A stretch of DNA of 64,000 bases, taken from positions 23,994,001 through 24,058,000 of the forward strand of contig CM126225.1 in NCBI GenBank assembly GCA_052327205.1. The letters are read 5' to 3'. Shown piece by piece: positions 36,140 through 50,529 of this stretch (its first letter is position 1; every line of letters begins with the position of its first letter). The notes under the pieces are model-generated. The model was not told where the DNA came from and did no database searches. It was given only the letters and a program-made list of their open reading frames with translations. The stretch is from Somniosus microcephalus (lineage: Eukaryota). A program made the position numbers and the translations under genes.

Positions 36140-36941
36140 GGGCAGGATTTTCATTGAGCCGTGGAGGCAGGATTGGTGACGTGTGGGGGGTTAAAATCCC
36201 AAAGTTGGGGGGCACGAACCCATCCCGCCTCCAACTCGCCTCCATGCCCGTTTCCCAGGAGGTGGGTACCCGATCCACGCTGGGACCCGCCTCCCCGAGA
36301 CGGGAAGGGGATTAGTGCCAATTAACTGCCTGTTAACAGGTAGTTAACAGGCAGTTTTTAACCTAATCCCTATTTTCATAGCTGAAGTGTGGGATTCCCG
36401 ATGGCTCCAAACCACGCCAAGTTAGCGAGGCGGGCTGTCAGGCTTGGAGGGGTCGAGATGTCCGGTGTTCAGGTGAGTGATGGGTGAATGAGTGAAGAGG
36501 TAATTGTGTTTGGTGTGTTTAAAGTGTTTAAAGAAGTTTTACTTACCTTTACAGCCTTCCTTCCTTCAGGTCTCGGGAGTCCCTCATCTCACCGGCACAG
36601 AAAGCAGAATGGCCGTGATCTGTCAAAAATTGCAGCATTCAGCTTTCTGTTTTGGGGAGATCTCTAAATCATCCTGAGAGGAAGGAATTAACTTAGAGTA
36701 CAGATTGTCAGTGTTTGACAGCTCAAACAGCTGTGAAACGCTGATATTTCATCTGTCAAAAAGTCTTGACAGATGAAATGTCAATCTGTGACGTCACCTG
36801 TTGCCGGGTGGCCCTTAATTGGCCTGCGCGGGCTCAACAAGGTCAATCAAGTCAAAATCGTGTGGGTTGGCTAGAACTCGATGGAGGCGGGACTACAACC
36901 CCTAAAGTTGTAGTCCCGCCTCCTCAATGAAAATCCAGCCC
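36140..36941. mobile_element. Harbinger-like MITE
   Basis: TIR GGGCAGGATTTTCATTGAG / CTCAATGAAAATCCAGCCC, 3-bp TSD ACT. Confidence 0.8.
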
Positions 36942-37519
36942 ACTGTTTAAGTGCACAGCACTGAGGCTCTTGAGGATTATACTACAGCATCACATTATCA
37001 CAGGTGACGTTCCATTTACACTCACCTACACCAGCTTTAATGCTTTCTCGTCTATGTATTTTATATTCTACTCACTGAGGCATCTGTAGGACACCTTATT
37101 TAAAAGTTCTATTGGTTTTATATATCGGGATTTAAAAAAATAAATATTCATGAAAAATATATAGGAATAAACCCTGTAAGATACCAGGAAGAATTTTAAC
37201 TTTAGAACTGCAGTATATTTGCAAGATTAGAAGTGTAAAATTAACGTTTTTCCACAGAATAGACTCTTTATTCAACAGAAGCATAAGCGTGTCTCCTCCA
37301 CATAGCAGCACAACAAAACAAAGTGGATTCAAATAAGTGTCAGTTGGTGGGGTGCTGGCTTTTCTAAAGGTAAGGAATAGGAACAGAATGAACACCCTGG
37401 CCATATAAAGTATTCCCAGGTCAGCTGTAACACTGAGATATTCTACATCACCCAGACAAGTGTACTTCAATCACAAGGTCAAGCCAGCACCTTCGACCCC
37501 CAAAGGATCACATTTCCAT

Positions 37520-37935
37520 TTAGTCAAAACTGCCCAACGCATTACCGGCACCCGGCTACCGACCATAGAGAACATCTACCAGAAACGCTGTTTACGGAGG
37601 TCACTGACCATCATCAAAGACCCTACCCACCCCAGCCACAGTCTGTTCGCCCTCCTGCCATCTGGGAGACGCTACAGATGCATTCGCACCCGAACGACCA
37701 GATTTAGGAACAGCTTCTTTCCCAGGGCTGTCATCCTACTGAACTCCACAAATAAACTCTAAAGCCTGCACATCTGCCAATGCACTTTATTATGTTTATG
37801 TTAATGTATTACAAGCCAAATGAATGTTGAATGTCTTAATCAAAATGTACACTCTTGGGAGCCGCAAGCCTACATTTCGTTGTACTGCACTTGTGCACTA
37901 ACAATGACAATAAAGTTGATTATGATTATGATATT
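37520..37935 (+). mobile_element. Rex1/Babar LINE 3' fragment
   Basis: VKTAQRITGTRLP...IIKDPTHPSHSLFALLPSGRRYR...RFRNSFFP; AATAAA plus (GATTAT)n tail. Confidence 0.85.
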
Positions 37936-38678
37936 GTGTCCATATCGCCTCTTGCAACCAAATTATTGTTGCCAAATGTGAAGTCAGGATTTTGCTGCAG
38001 TTTTTCATACTTACTGGCAAACTAACAGATTCCCCCTAACTTATTCAACTCTTAATTTTAATGAGGTCCAAAAGGACTCATCGCCATACTGCCCTCACCT
38101 GGCTGGAAGTGCATCAGTGTCTGATAATTATCAAAAGTGTCTGCAATATCCATTATATTGACACGTGTTAGATTAATACAGACAAAAAGCCGAGTTTCAA
38201 CTCCAGCTAATTATGAACTTGGGATCAATTGAACTTAAAAACGAGTGTCACGCATGTCCACGGTTTTTAAACTTTACTGCAATGTCATATACAATAGCAA
38301 TAGTAAAAGGTGGAGCTACTGTGTCACAATTTGTTTAGGAACACAGAGTCATTAATCAATAGCGTTATTTGCTCAGCACCATAACATGATTGATTAGGAA
38401 TATCATCAAACAGCAAGAATAACATATACATTGGGACATCATTGGCTCAATGAAGTATTCAGGCTCCCATGTAACTAGAGCACAGACTAGCTTGTTTCAT
38501 GATCAGACTGATGAAATAGAAACTCTAGCTGGCTTCATATGCAAACTGCATTATTGACATGCATATTTACAGGGTAGTGCTTCCTAGAATTTCATCAGTT
38601 GTTTTGTCAAGTACTTTGTCACAATTAAGTAGCCTGCGTTCCGCTCCAGTTGCGAACGTTATCAGTAATTATCTTTAC

Positions 38679-38744
38679 CTGATTTTTACTCCATTTGAAC
38701 CAGTCAACTGTCCATCCTTTGCAGCACTTTGATCCTCAGAACAA
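38679..38744 (-). CDS. Candidate 66-bp cassette exon (CSEDQSAAKDGQLTGSNGVKI)
   Basis: CTAAC branch point, ttctcAG acceptor, CAG|GTAAAG donor, length a multiple of 3, only the phase-2 frame is open. Confidence 0.45.
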
Positions 38745-40496
38745 CTGAGAACGCCAAGATGTGGTTAGTTCAAGTTTACAGTATCACAAATTGATATAAA
38801 ATACACTTATAATTACACACTATTTCTTGTTTAAGGCTCCATTTTGCATCTTGATACTTCATAGGCTGTAGTGAGAAAAAGGTAACGAAATACTGATGAA
38901 TCTCCAATGATGTTGAACCCATCCAGAAGCTCTATTTCCAGTTTTCTGACATAGGCAAATTGTTGTCTATCTTTTAAATATTTCTACATTGTTATAGTAA
39001 ATAAGGTTTAGACTAAGGTACAAAAATGCCGACCATTTATTCACTGGCTGCATTCACAGACTTCACTAACAGCTGAAACCTTCTTGGAGTTGTCAAATGT
39101 TGCTGCAAAAACAGTAAATCCAAGTCCTTAACGGATTAAGTGCCCAAAAAGAAATAGGCAGGGGAGGACTGACAATGTGTTTTTCTTCAGATGACGAAAA
39201 GCAACAGCACTCCATTTAAACCAAGGATTTCAATGATGGTTTGGAGGAACAATGCTACATTTCTTTGTATTTATTGACCTTCGCCACCCACCACCGATTT
39301 TCTCCTGTTTTCATGCCTCTTTTCCTGAAGTTGCTGACTCATGCCGGGGTACGTTTCCATGGCTGTCGGCAACCCATCTGTACCGAGCTCAAGTGGCCGT
39401 TCTTTTGGAGTTAGTCGAAACAATGAATAGTGAGAGGCTATTGTTTCCATCGGGGCAGCACAGCCGAGCCTGATCCTGTCCTCACTGGATATCCTCACTG
39501 ACGCACTTTCCTATAGAAGTCGCTGGATAGTGATTTGTAGGATGACTTTGTCTAATTTCTAAGTCTATTGGAGTTATAAGCAGATGTGGGTGGAGTTCCT
39601 CTGGTCGCCATTTTTAATTATATTATAAACCCTTTCATAAATCATTCTTTTATGGTTTTGCTACAAATTAGCCACTAGAAAAAGTGGGTGGACACCAATA
39701 CTGCAAAACGGGCTGACAGCGAATCGGCAGCCTCTTTTAAACAGCGCCCACTGGAAAAGAAAATCGGGCTGCCAATTCTCTGTCCGCCATTGGTGTACAC
39801 CAATTTCGCCACCAAGGAGTTAGACAGAGTCTTATGACGTTGATACACATAAAGACAAGAGAAAGTCATCTTTGCAGGAGCAGGAAACCCTGATTGTGTT
39901 TTAGTTCCCTCCCTAGCCCAGGAACACCAGCCAATTACTGTGCACCCACCCTAATGCTGGCAGGGATCAGCTAACTCTGTACAGACCCAGCACTGAATTC
40001 TGGCATTCGCCCAATCGGTGTCGCTCAATACCACTCCAGGTAGCACATTTACCCGATGAGCCATCAGCAAAGCTCTTTGTTGTCATATGTGCGAGGTATT
40101 TTTTTGGTTCCCCCCCCCTCCCCATACCACAGGCCATTTGCTGACTGGAGGGTGAGGTGATCTACATGTAGGCCTCTCCCTACGCTGCTCTTCAGCAGAC
40201 CCTGAGGTCGGGCACTCGGGCAAGGCAAGGTGAGCTGACCTCAGTTTGCCCCTCCTTCCGTCAGCGCAGCACTGTTCAGGGCCTCTCCTATGACCTCGCT
40301 GACACTGTGTGGGGATTTACAGCTCCCTCACATTTTAATGTGCATGGTGCAAAAAAAAAATTAAAAATCCAGGTCTTAACGTTAGTAAAATGACCTTACT
40401 GAACACGTCACTTCCTGCAAATAATGAAACCTGAATAAGGACAAAATATATATATAAACTTAAAAGGGCACATCCTACAAAAGTGGTATTGTCAAC

Positions 40497-43400
40497 TTTA
40501 TTCTGTGTTGTTTGAATTCATGCTACACTTCATTAGAAGATATGATAAAAATGAGTTCAGATATGTTCACTATACATTCAAAATAAAGTAAGTTTTGAGA
40601 GATGACAATCAATTTTAACACTGGGCGGAACATTATGAGGAGCCTACCTATCATTAGCAAGACATCCTATAAAACATTAAGAACTCATTAGTTCCTATCA
40701 TATTCTTGAAACAAACTTTATATGATCCTCGCTATACTACTTAAGAATCTATTGGACAAGTTTAATCATATTAAAAAGAAACAAGAAGGTTAATAATTTC
40801 ATATAAGCTAGATAATACCTTTTAACAGGAAATTTAATCAACATTCAGCTAACATGGTTGAAACCCATAAAAGAAACAATTTAACTTTTCTGAAGTTGTA
40901 TACATTTCACCAAATACAATTATCACATATACACAAGTGAAATCAATCAATTGCAATACAATCTCAAACAGTGGGCACAAGGCTTACGCAAACCAGCTGG
41001 CTGTTGAAACCTCTAAACTGTAACAATCTGCAGCAAAAAGCATCCGTGTACGCATTTATCAAAAGCCAAATATGGCTCAGTGTTTTCTACCTCTCTCCCC
41101 AACTGAAGGAGTAACTGGCAGGTCTAAACAAGAGTCTGAATTGAGTTAGACACGTAGCTTGCTGCTTAAGCTCAACATTTCAAACCGCTTGTCTGCGAAT
41201 GTTCAGTAAAATTAAGAGGCATTTTTGTGCTCATCAAGGTAAGGGATGTCAGTGCCAGGGATGTGGAATATTTTACTACTTTTTGCACCCTGTATTAACA
41301 TGAAGCACTCCCAGGACATGAATAAGATGCGGAGTAATGCTTCCTCTACACCGTTACCATAATGTCCCTTAACCATGCTGTCACCTTCTACATAAGCTAT
41401 CCTATGACCTATCGCTGAGTGTGATTTGTTATTGAATGTTAATTATTGCTGAAAAATAGCCAGCTTTGTGCAACTGGCTCCTGCTTACCGGGAATTGGGC
41501 TCAGAATGCCCAAAGTCATCTCACTTTAGACCCTTAGAGACAGGGAAAGGAGATTTTCATTCTATCAGGCTGGGCAAGATTCAAAGATCAGGTTCCTGAG
41601 GTGAAAGGATAGTGTGTTATCACAATGCACCACCCAGTCCCTTCTAAAATATTACTGACTGCTTCACTGCAGGTGGAAAATCACAATTTATAAGTAACAG
41701 CACTTAATAAATGTTCTGTTTCTAAAAAAAAATACCCACTGCTCTCTATCTGCAAGCTGCCTTCTTTGTCTCAAAGGATCAAGCAGGTTGGGGTGGAACT
41801 AGTGGTGCTAGCGCCCCTTCGCTGAGGAGTATTGATAGACTGCAAGGTGCTTCCTCCAGTGGCTCAGCTGACCACCCAGAAAACTCAATCACTGAGTGCA
41901 ACAAAATTCAAATACGAGCAATCGCCTGACAGTGGAGACTGTGATTTGAACTTGGGCTTTCGATGGGTGTCCAGTGCTCTACCCCAAGAGCTACTGCCTG
42001 CCTTTTTATTCTGAGGTTTCAATTGGCCTCGAGGGACAGCGAACACTTTGGGACCAATATTACAACCCCAAAGAGCTGACCTTGCCGGTAAATGTTAGAT
42101 CATTTACATAAGCTTCTGGGACTCTGAGCATGTTGCTTATGATGTGCCAGGGCCAGAGTTTAGGGCACCAGCAGCCAGTGAAGGGCTGTATCGCGCGGCG
42201 TGGATGGAGAAGGCTGAGGGGCACAGAAAGGGGACAGAGCTGATGGGCACAGGTTGGGAAAACCACCTGGTAGGGGTATCAGGGTTTAAAAAAACAAATG
42301 GTGTCTTCCCTTCAGTGCTCATTCCCAATGGGGTGGATGCCTAATTTGGATCATTTCTGGGGCCTAATGAACCTTGCGCACCGTTTGTGTGCAGGCTCAC
42401 AGCACCCTTTGCACAGGCCACCTGCACCGAGGTATGCTGGGTACCTCGGGAGCGCTGTAGGCCTCAGGCCTTCGTGCCCAATAATAAAGGGAGCAGGTGG
42501 CTTGCCATCGGATTTTCAGCCCCTACATCTTCAGTGCTAGTTACATATCAAGTGCTAGTTACATACAAGGGTATCTAACCTTTTTCATTTAAATGATCGT
42601 AGCAATTTCTGCACAGTCTGGTCGTCTAAAACATTTTGGTTCAGATCTTATTTCAATTTTTATCCATCTGGTAACCCTCTAAAACAGTTTCTCATTACCT
42701 CGCGTTGTTGCATTCAGTGATGATCCCTCATGCTATAAAAAGAATAAATACAGTACACAGTTGAGTATAAGAAGATTGATTACTGAGCGTTAGCTGTCGG
42801 CACTCAACAGTTTTATTATCAATAATTAATGTGGAACTCAACTATGTACAGTACTTGTTGGGTAACGGGAGACCGCCCATGTGTATCTGGTGGTGTGAAC
42901 AACATGTAGATAGTGTCTAAAATGTCAGCTCCTAAATGTGCAGCCTATACATTTGGTAGGCTGGGCAAAGCTGAATGTTCAGAATATCACAGTAGCTGGT
43001 ACTGATACTGGGATGAACTGTGCTGGTAATGGATGGAATGGTATCCCATCTGTTTAGCATTTCAGACAGGTCTAGCAGCTGTACAAATGGCACATCCTCC
43101 CATACAAACTGCAGCAATGCACATTCACACCATGCTATATGCACTCCAGTGTTCAATTCAATGTGTGCTCTTATCTTCACTCTTGCTGGCATGGTAACAA
43201 GCAGGAAACAGAACTCTTTCGCACATCTGAGTGTTATTAAGCTCTCTGAAGAGTCATGCATTCCTCCTCCCTTTTCATGTGACTCAAGCCATCAGTTTTT
43301 GTCTAGCTTACGGAGTTACCTCCACCCCATTTGAACTTGGTAAACAAATGGCCATAGTCATTTAGCAGTTGACAGGCAAGCTGGAGAATTGCTTTTCTCC

Positions 43401-44777
43401 AGGGCATGAACCTGTGACGATAAATGGGTAGAGCGAGTTACACTTCATTCTAAAAAATATTCTATGCCGGAATGGTTTAATAAGTATATTCCTTGCACTA
43501 CCATCCTCCACCCTGTGGAGAAGTCATTCAATCATAATATCAGACTCTTTAACGTCTGTAATACACAGCTCTAGAAACTGATCCAACCATGTAACATCCT
43601 TTTTTTTTTTTACAGTGCATCTCTTTTTTTTGTTCTTATATTTTATACTACAAATTACATGGACTTCAGCTATACATCTACACAAACACCCAGCTTCGTT
43701 TCTGTACATATGTAATGACAATAAGTGAGAAGATCTACCAAATATGGCACAATGAATAACAATAGGAATGAATGATAAAGCTTGGTAGACCCAAGTAGAT
43801 AAGTGTGGCAAAAAGAAGCAAATACATTAAAAAAACAGCCAAATACCATTAATGCAATATTTTCAGTATCTTTAACTTAGCAACCATTTACTTCATTAGT
43901 CCATTACAGTGACCACTATCCAACTTTACATTCCAAGTTTACCATACACTTTGTTTAATTCCGCTTCATATTCACTTGTTCAGTAACAAATTAATGAAAT
44001 TTGGTTTATTTTTTTTAAATGATATATCTAATAACAATCTTTGTTAAGACAGGTACTGGTACCTTCATACTATGCATACATAAAATGACACCATCACTGT
44101 AGTGAAAATATCATTGTTAATATGATGCCATAATGCTTTTCATTACAGAATGAAAAACATTAAAATGAACAGATAAAAGAATTATGGTTTACATTGATCT
44201 GTGAAAAGAAATCACACATGTAATAAGAAAAAACACACTGCTGGTTTAACCTGACTTTGATTTCAGTCACAAGAAAGACTTGTGCATTAAATGGCCCTTC
44301 TCACTCGTGACATAATGGCAGGTTACACCTCTTGGTACTCTCAAAGTAATAGGTCACCAAAGACTTGTGATGAACAGCAACCTTGCAATTTGCTTTTGTA
44401 ATGGTGATGCCCTCGGTGAACATTCATTTGTTAGAGCCTTTTGATATTTTTTTTTATAAACTAAATAAACCGAATGGGAAATTACTAGTTCTGTGGCTTG
44501 AGAAGCAAGTCCAATCTAGTGCAGACCAGTTCATTGCAGCCCATTCCTACTTCACTGAACAACTCTGATTTGGCCATCTGTTTGAAAGTGACTTGGCAAA
44601 TTGTTATATGTAAGACAATAATGCAAAAATTCCCTTAAACACAATCTCTTGCACTGAGTGCAACTGGTACAAACCTTCCAGAGGAAATCAAACAGGAAAA
44701 TGTCAATTTTTCAAGGCCTGTTGATCCTGCATGAAGGTTTTGTTTAAAGTACAGGTGATGTAAAGCCATCTTCTCAT
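40497..44777 (-). other. PPP1R9B: Probable PPP1R9B 3' UTR (end uncertain)
   Basis: AT-rich, largely TE-free tract after the stop codon; AATAAA candidates at 44005-44010, 42812-42817 and 40497-40502. Confidence 0.5.
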
Positions 44778-44831
44778 CTAAATTGCATTGGAATTTTTCA
44801 GTGACTCTAGACTTGTCTCCAGTTCTGTAAC
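44778..44831 (-). CDS. PPP1R9B: Spinophilin/neurabin-2 last coding exon (VTELETSLESLKNSNAI*)
   Basis: ttttcacAG acceptor; matches the mammalian C-terminus ISELEGNLQTLRNSNST; TAG at 44778-44780; phase 0 fits the upstream donor. Confidence 0.9.
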   Translation of the reverse strand, partial: VTELETSLESLKNSNAI

Positions 44832-45019
44832 CTGTGAAAAAGGCATGAATTGGAAAATATTCACGTAAGAGAAATGATAAGAATATGCAAATATATACAA
44901 AAACTCTTTTAACTATATATCGGTGACCCGATCCCAGTCCTTTGCCTATGCCATCCTCTAACTGGCTGTTAGGGGGTACACGTGTGCAGGATAATTTGCT
45001 CTACTCTTGTTGGCAAATA

Positions 45020-45590
45020 TAGGAACTTAGGTAGGCCCTTCAGCCCCTCAAGCCTGTCCCGCCATTTAATTAGATCATCGTTGATATCTGCATCTTAGCT
45101 CCTTTTACCCTCCTTGGTTCTATATCCCTCAATACTCTTACCAGGATTACACTACCCTTTGGGTGAAGAAGTGCTTCCTGACTTCATCCCTGAACGGCCT
45201 AGCTCTAATTTTAAGGTTATGACTCCTTGTTGGGGACTCCCCACCAGAGGAAATAGTTTCTCTCTATCTACCTTAGCAAATCCTTTAATCATCTTAAACA
45301 CCTCAATTAGATCACCCCTTTGATCTTCTATACTCAAAGGAATACAAGCCTTGTCTATGCAGCCTGTCCTTTTAGCCCCGGTATCATTCTGGTGAATCTG
45401 CACTGCACCCCCTCCAAGCCCAATATACCGATCCTGAGGTGCGGTGCCCAGAACGGAATGCAGTACTCCTGATTTGGCCTAACCAGAGCTTTATACAGCA
45501 CCAGCATAAATTCCACCCCTTTGTATTCCAGCCCCCTCAAGATCAAGGCTAACATTCCATTAGCTTTTTTTGACTACTTTTTGCACCTGG
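45020..45590 (-). mobile_element. CR1 3' fragment
   Basis: LYKALVRP..EYC..FWAP, GDLIEVFKMIKG; same family as 7317-9130. Confidence 0.85.
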
Positions 45591-45719
45591 AAATGAAATA
45601 AGAAATGAAATGATTTGGACTTTGCCAGGGACAAAAGAAACAAATAACACTGTGATGTTGCTCCAACAACTGTAACTCCAGTTATAAAGTAAATTTTCTT
45701 TCTAATGAACGACATTTGT

Positions 45720-46672
45720 GTCAGTGTGGCTCCGTTGGTAGCACCCTCACCTCGGAGTCATGAAGGTTGTGGGTTCAAGTCCCACTCCAGGAACTTGAGC
45801 ACAAAAATCTGGGCTGACACTCCAGTGGAGTGCAGTGCTGAGGGAGGTGCTGCACTGTCGGAGGTGCCATCTTTCGCATCGTTCACTCAGTTGATTCCGG
45901 AGATGAGGGGGTTGACTTATGAGGAAAGGTTGAATAGGTTGGGCCTCTACTCATTGGAATTCAGAAGAATGAGAGGCGATCTTATCGAAACATATAAGAT
46001 TGTGAGGGGGATTGATCGAGTGGATGCGGTGAGGATGTTTCCACTGATGGGTGAGACTAGAACTAGGGGGCATAATCTTAGAATAAGGGGCTGCCGTTTC
46101 AAAACTGAGATGAGGAGAAACTTCTTCACTCAGAGGGTGGTAAATCTATGGAATTTGCTACCTCAGAGAGCTGTGGAAGCTACATCATTAAATAAATTTA
46201 AAACGGAGATAGACAGTTTCCTAGCTGATAAGGGAATTAGGGGTTACGGGGAGCGGGCAGGGCAGTGGACGTGAGTCTAGGTTCGGATCAGCCATGATCC
46301 TATTGAATGGTGGAGCAGGCCCGAGGGGCCGTATGGCCTACTCTTGCTCCTACTTCTTATGAGATGTTAAACCGAGGCTCCATCTGCTCTCTCAAGTGGA
46401 CGTAAAAGATCCCATGGCACCATTTCGAAGAAGAGCAGGGGAGTTCTCCCCGGTGTCCTGGCCAATATTTATCCCTCAATCAACATCACTAAAAGAGATT
46501 ATCTGGTCATTACCACATTGCTGTTTGTGGGAGCTTGTTGTGCGCAAATTGGCTGCTGCGTTTCCTACATTACAACAGTGAGCACACTTCAGAAAGTATC
46601 TCATTGGCTGTAAAGCGCTTTGGGATGGCGGGTGGGCATGAAAGGCACTATCTAAATGCAAGTCTTTCTTTT
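45720..46672 (+). mobile_element. SacSINE1-like (Deu-domain) tRNA SINE with nested CR1 fragment
   Basis: Head TGGCTCCGTTGGTAGC...GGTTCAAGTCCC; body resumes at ~46361 (gagatgttaaaccgaggc); L2-like tail. Confidence 0.75.
45880..46361 (+). mobile_element. Young CR1 3' fragment nested in the SINE
   Basis: Open frame LTYEERLNRLGLYSLEFRRMRGDLIETYKI...FFTQRVVNLWN. Confidence 0.9.
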
Positions 46673-49000
46673 TATGACCTCAGGATGTCCCAAAGTGCTT
46701 TGTAGCCAATTAAGTACTTTTTTAAAGTGTAGTCACTGTTGCAACATAAGAACTACAAGAATTGCTCCAATTGTATACTTTGCCTGAATCAGCCCATTTG
46801 CAGGCCACAATTTACACACTTGCCTAACCCCAGTTGTTACTTGTGGCTATTGCCGTAATTCAATTTGAGCGCACTTCCTTGTAGCTGGCAGAAAAATGAC
46901 AGAGAGTTTAGCAGGTTGGAATAGGCTGGTCACCACCAAGATGTAGGCCTGTGATTTGCTGAAGTGTATGATGATATGGTGAGAGCTGTGCTGACTCACT
47001 ACCTGCCTCTCTCATGGAGTCAAACCCCGTAAGAGCATAAATCTCTTAAGAAGTGCTGTATTTGATTTCCATTTAGAACTGGTATATAAATAGAAAGAGC
47101 TAAGTCAGAAATTTCATTTGCATCTCGAATTTTTAACTTGGCTCTTACCATTCAGACACATATTAAAACATGCAAAGGTTGTGACTAAATGGTCCGAATT
47201 ATTAAAGGATTTGTCTGAAAGATAATGTACTGGTAGTAAGCACCTTATTTCGAGGGCAAACCTGAGGAGATCAAATGTGAAAAGTTAAATAGAAATCAAA
47301 AGGCTCTGAGAAATTAATTCAGTGGGTTGAATTCCAAGTCTTATCAGGACTGAAGTAATAGTTAATTATGTATTAAACTGGATAATGCAAATTAATTTAC
47401 GTGCAAGGGAATCAAAGGCTAACTAATTAAGGAGATGCCAGGTAGGCACTGGTATAACGTAATGCAAATCACAGAGCATGGCGCCTGGTAAGCACTAGCT
47501 GAGCATGAGGAACATGTGCCACAGAAGAAGGTGGGTATGGTAGTGTGCCAGCAAGCACCAAAAGAGACTGGACAGCTTGTCCCAGGACCAAGAGGTTTCT
47601 GGCTTTTGGGAACAGGGCTACGGCACACCAGCTGAAAAAAAAACTCTTCAAGACCCTCGCAGTGGACCATTACATGGTGCAGAAACAGGAGAGCACGAGA
47701 GAAACACATTTATAGCTTGTGAGAGTTCTCCTGATTGTCTGCCGTAACCTCCCGCCCAAACTCCGGCGAAACAGCACAAACAGCTGTTTCCCTGGGATCT
47801 CTGAAGATCTTCCACTGAAATTATGGCGGATAACTGGGAGGAACCCCCCCGCCCTCCCCACACGGAAATTCCAGGTGTATATATTTAAATATCCCTGTCA
47901 ATATATATTCATGAACAATTATTTTGTTCAAGCATTTTTGAAATTTTGCATGTCCTAATCCCTCTGATTTATACCATCTCATGCCACACCTATGAATGGC
48001 TGGGGTAGATATCTCATTATAAACCTTTTTCTCTGAATGTACTCTGGGGAAGTACGGTATAATACTACAGTAGACAGTAGATCGTTGCTGTCCTCTGCAA
48101 TTAGCTGGACGTTAGATCTTTTCCCTTACAGTTTATCCCTCTCGTTTCCTGGGAATTGAAATCTTTTATTTATTTTTTTAAAAACAGGGAACTGTACACA
48201 TTGTCCCCTCACACAGGATCCAATATTGGTTTATTCTACTGCACCATCACTTTTCTTCACCAATAATCTTAACAAAACATTAAATAGCTGCAAAACAAAA
48301 GGAGACATTGCCCTGTTATTCAGCAGCCGGGTGGGGGAATGGATCTGTGCAACTGGCATAAAAAAATTATTAGTAATAATAAAAGCATTCACTTAGAAAG
48401 AGAGTAGAGTTGAGCCTGCGGCATAGAGATTCGAGGAGTCGTTTTATGAGATTCCAGTACTGGATGCGTATTGACAAAAAGGTATTTAAATATACAACCT
48501 ACAGAATATATGTAACCTTGCTAATGGCACATGTGGGTTGGAGAATCGGAGCTGTAACGTTATATTGTTATAATGTAACACTATCCTGGTGTTGCAGCCT
48601 CAGAAATGGCCCCGTCTCCACAAATATAAAATAGGTTTGATTTTGCATGTTTTGTCATTTGAAACTTAAAAAAACACTAATTATGTTAAAGCGCCCAGTT
48701 GGTCCCCTAGAATGGACAGCGTGCGTCCCTGTTTATTTAACACAGTAACATAGTAACGATATACTGAATTTATCCCGAGGCACCCTGCAGCTGTCCAGAC
48801 CCTATGCTACTTTGTTACTGCTTTGCCAACCAGTGGAGCCAATCTTTCAGTTTACTCTGTTAAAAAATATTTTAATGATTTTGAAAACTCTGTTAGATCC
48901 CTGCTTAACCTTCTCTGTTCCAGCTTTTCTTCATAACTATAAACTTTCACTCCTGCTGTTATTCCAGTCAATCTTCACTCTACCCCTTCCCTAGTTCTAA

Positions 49001-49090
49001 CAGCGTTCCTATGATGGACAAACACTGGTTGGGGTGTACAGTGAGCGTTCCTATGATGGACAAACACTGGTTGGGGTGTACAGCGAGCGC
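49001..49090. repeat. 42-bp tandem duplication
   Basis: agcgttcctatgatggacaaacactggttggggtgtacag(t/c)g x2. Confidence 0.9.
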
Positions 49091-50529
49091 CTGATCCAGT
49101 CATATCAACACCATGGCTAGAAGAGCAGGACAGAGGTACTAGTCTGGTTTAGCTGAGGTCCGCTGCTCATCCTAGAACTTGTATTTGCATCACTGTTTAC
49201 TCATGTCAACTTTTTGGTTTCATTAGCGAAGAGGAAGATACGGCCTTGGTGCCTTTTAGCGTCTTTCTGATAATTCATAGCTTAGAAATGAATATTGCTA
49301 ATATCAGTGGATGAATGCTTAGTACGTTCATATGACATTCCTCCGCTAGTTTATGCAGCTGTTAAACCATTTATTTTAAATGGTTTGATCTTTCTGCTGA
49401 AATGGCAAAGGAATGTCGCACAAATGCATTAAGTGCTCATCTTCAAATATTACCAGCAGTAGATTCTAGATTAATAACCTTTTGTATGTGCAAATCCCTA
49501 AAGCAAAATTTCCTTGCTCTTTATAAAAAGGGGAAGGTTCTGTCTGCTAGATAGTGTGTATACCACAATCACTGAGTGGTGTCACAAACACTGTGTAACA
49601 CTCCCGAGGTCCAAACACCCTCTGAAGTTTCAAAATCTGTATGGGTTTTCTATCATTAAGCATTTAGTTAATTCGCTGCTTTGGAAAATGACTAATGTGG
49701 ACATTGTGATGAAACTTGGTGTAGTGACAGAACCCCTGCTGGGATCACAGCCTTGCTGAACTTATCCATAGTGTAGTCCTGTTATACTTATTATTTTAGA
49801 AGTAGAAAACATTCCGCTTCAGAATTTGAGGTGTGTGAACGATATCAGGGTGTTTGCAACTCTCCTGGGTCACGCTGACAATATTGAGTTAATTGCTTAT
49901 GGTTCTGTGTACTGCTCTAGCTGAAGTTGCTAGTATTAAATGTGCATGGAGACACAGGCGTATGTGTATCTTGAATGCTGACCAAGTGTCTTTCAGTTCT
50001 GAAAGGGATAAGTATCAGAAGTTAACCAAACACAAATTATTGCTCAGCCGAGAGTGGGTTTGCAGGATCACACCCGTGAGCAGTTTGCACATTGTCAGAC
50101 AAATCATTTTATTTGTTGGCATTGTCTGTTTATAATTTACAACCATATGGTCTGTGCTTTCTATGGGTGTCTAGGGAAGTACTTTTGAATTGTAATTAAA
50201 CGATTCTACTTTAGCAAAGCAGAGATGAATGGAATATGTAAGATCCAAAAAGCATACAGCTGTGTAAACAGTTAACTGTATCTCAGAGGCAAGAGCGCCC
50301 TCCAGTGGACACACTTTCCCAAAACCAAGCATTCCCTTTATAGGTTGAAGAGTGAGTTTCACCGTCAGCATCCTTGCTTTAATCAGTTTCAACATAGGTA
50401 CAATGGATTGTGCATGTTAGAGCCCTGACATGCTGTGCCATAGAACTGAATATCAAGCGGGGCGCATAACAGGTGGCCAATGCGATAACACCCGATATGC
50501 GCTACAAACTTCCACCCCAAAGAGTGAAT

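Noticed and set aside
4446-44700. SAMD14 coding exons expected by mammalian synteny
   Set aside because: I could not find the AVPETARLDSS, RHRPSRSRL or SAM-domain motifs in the ORF track or by eye; short exons could have been missed.
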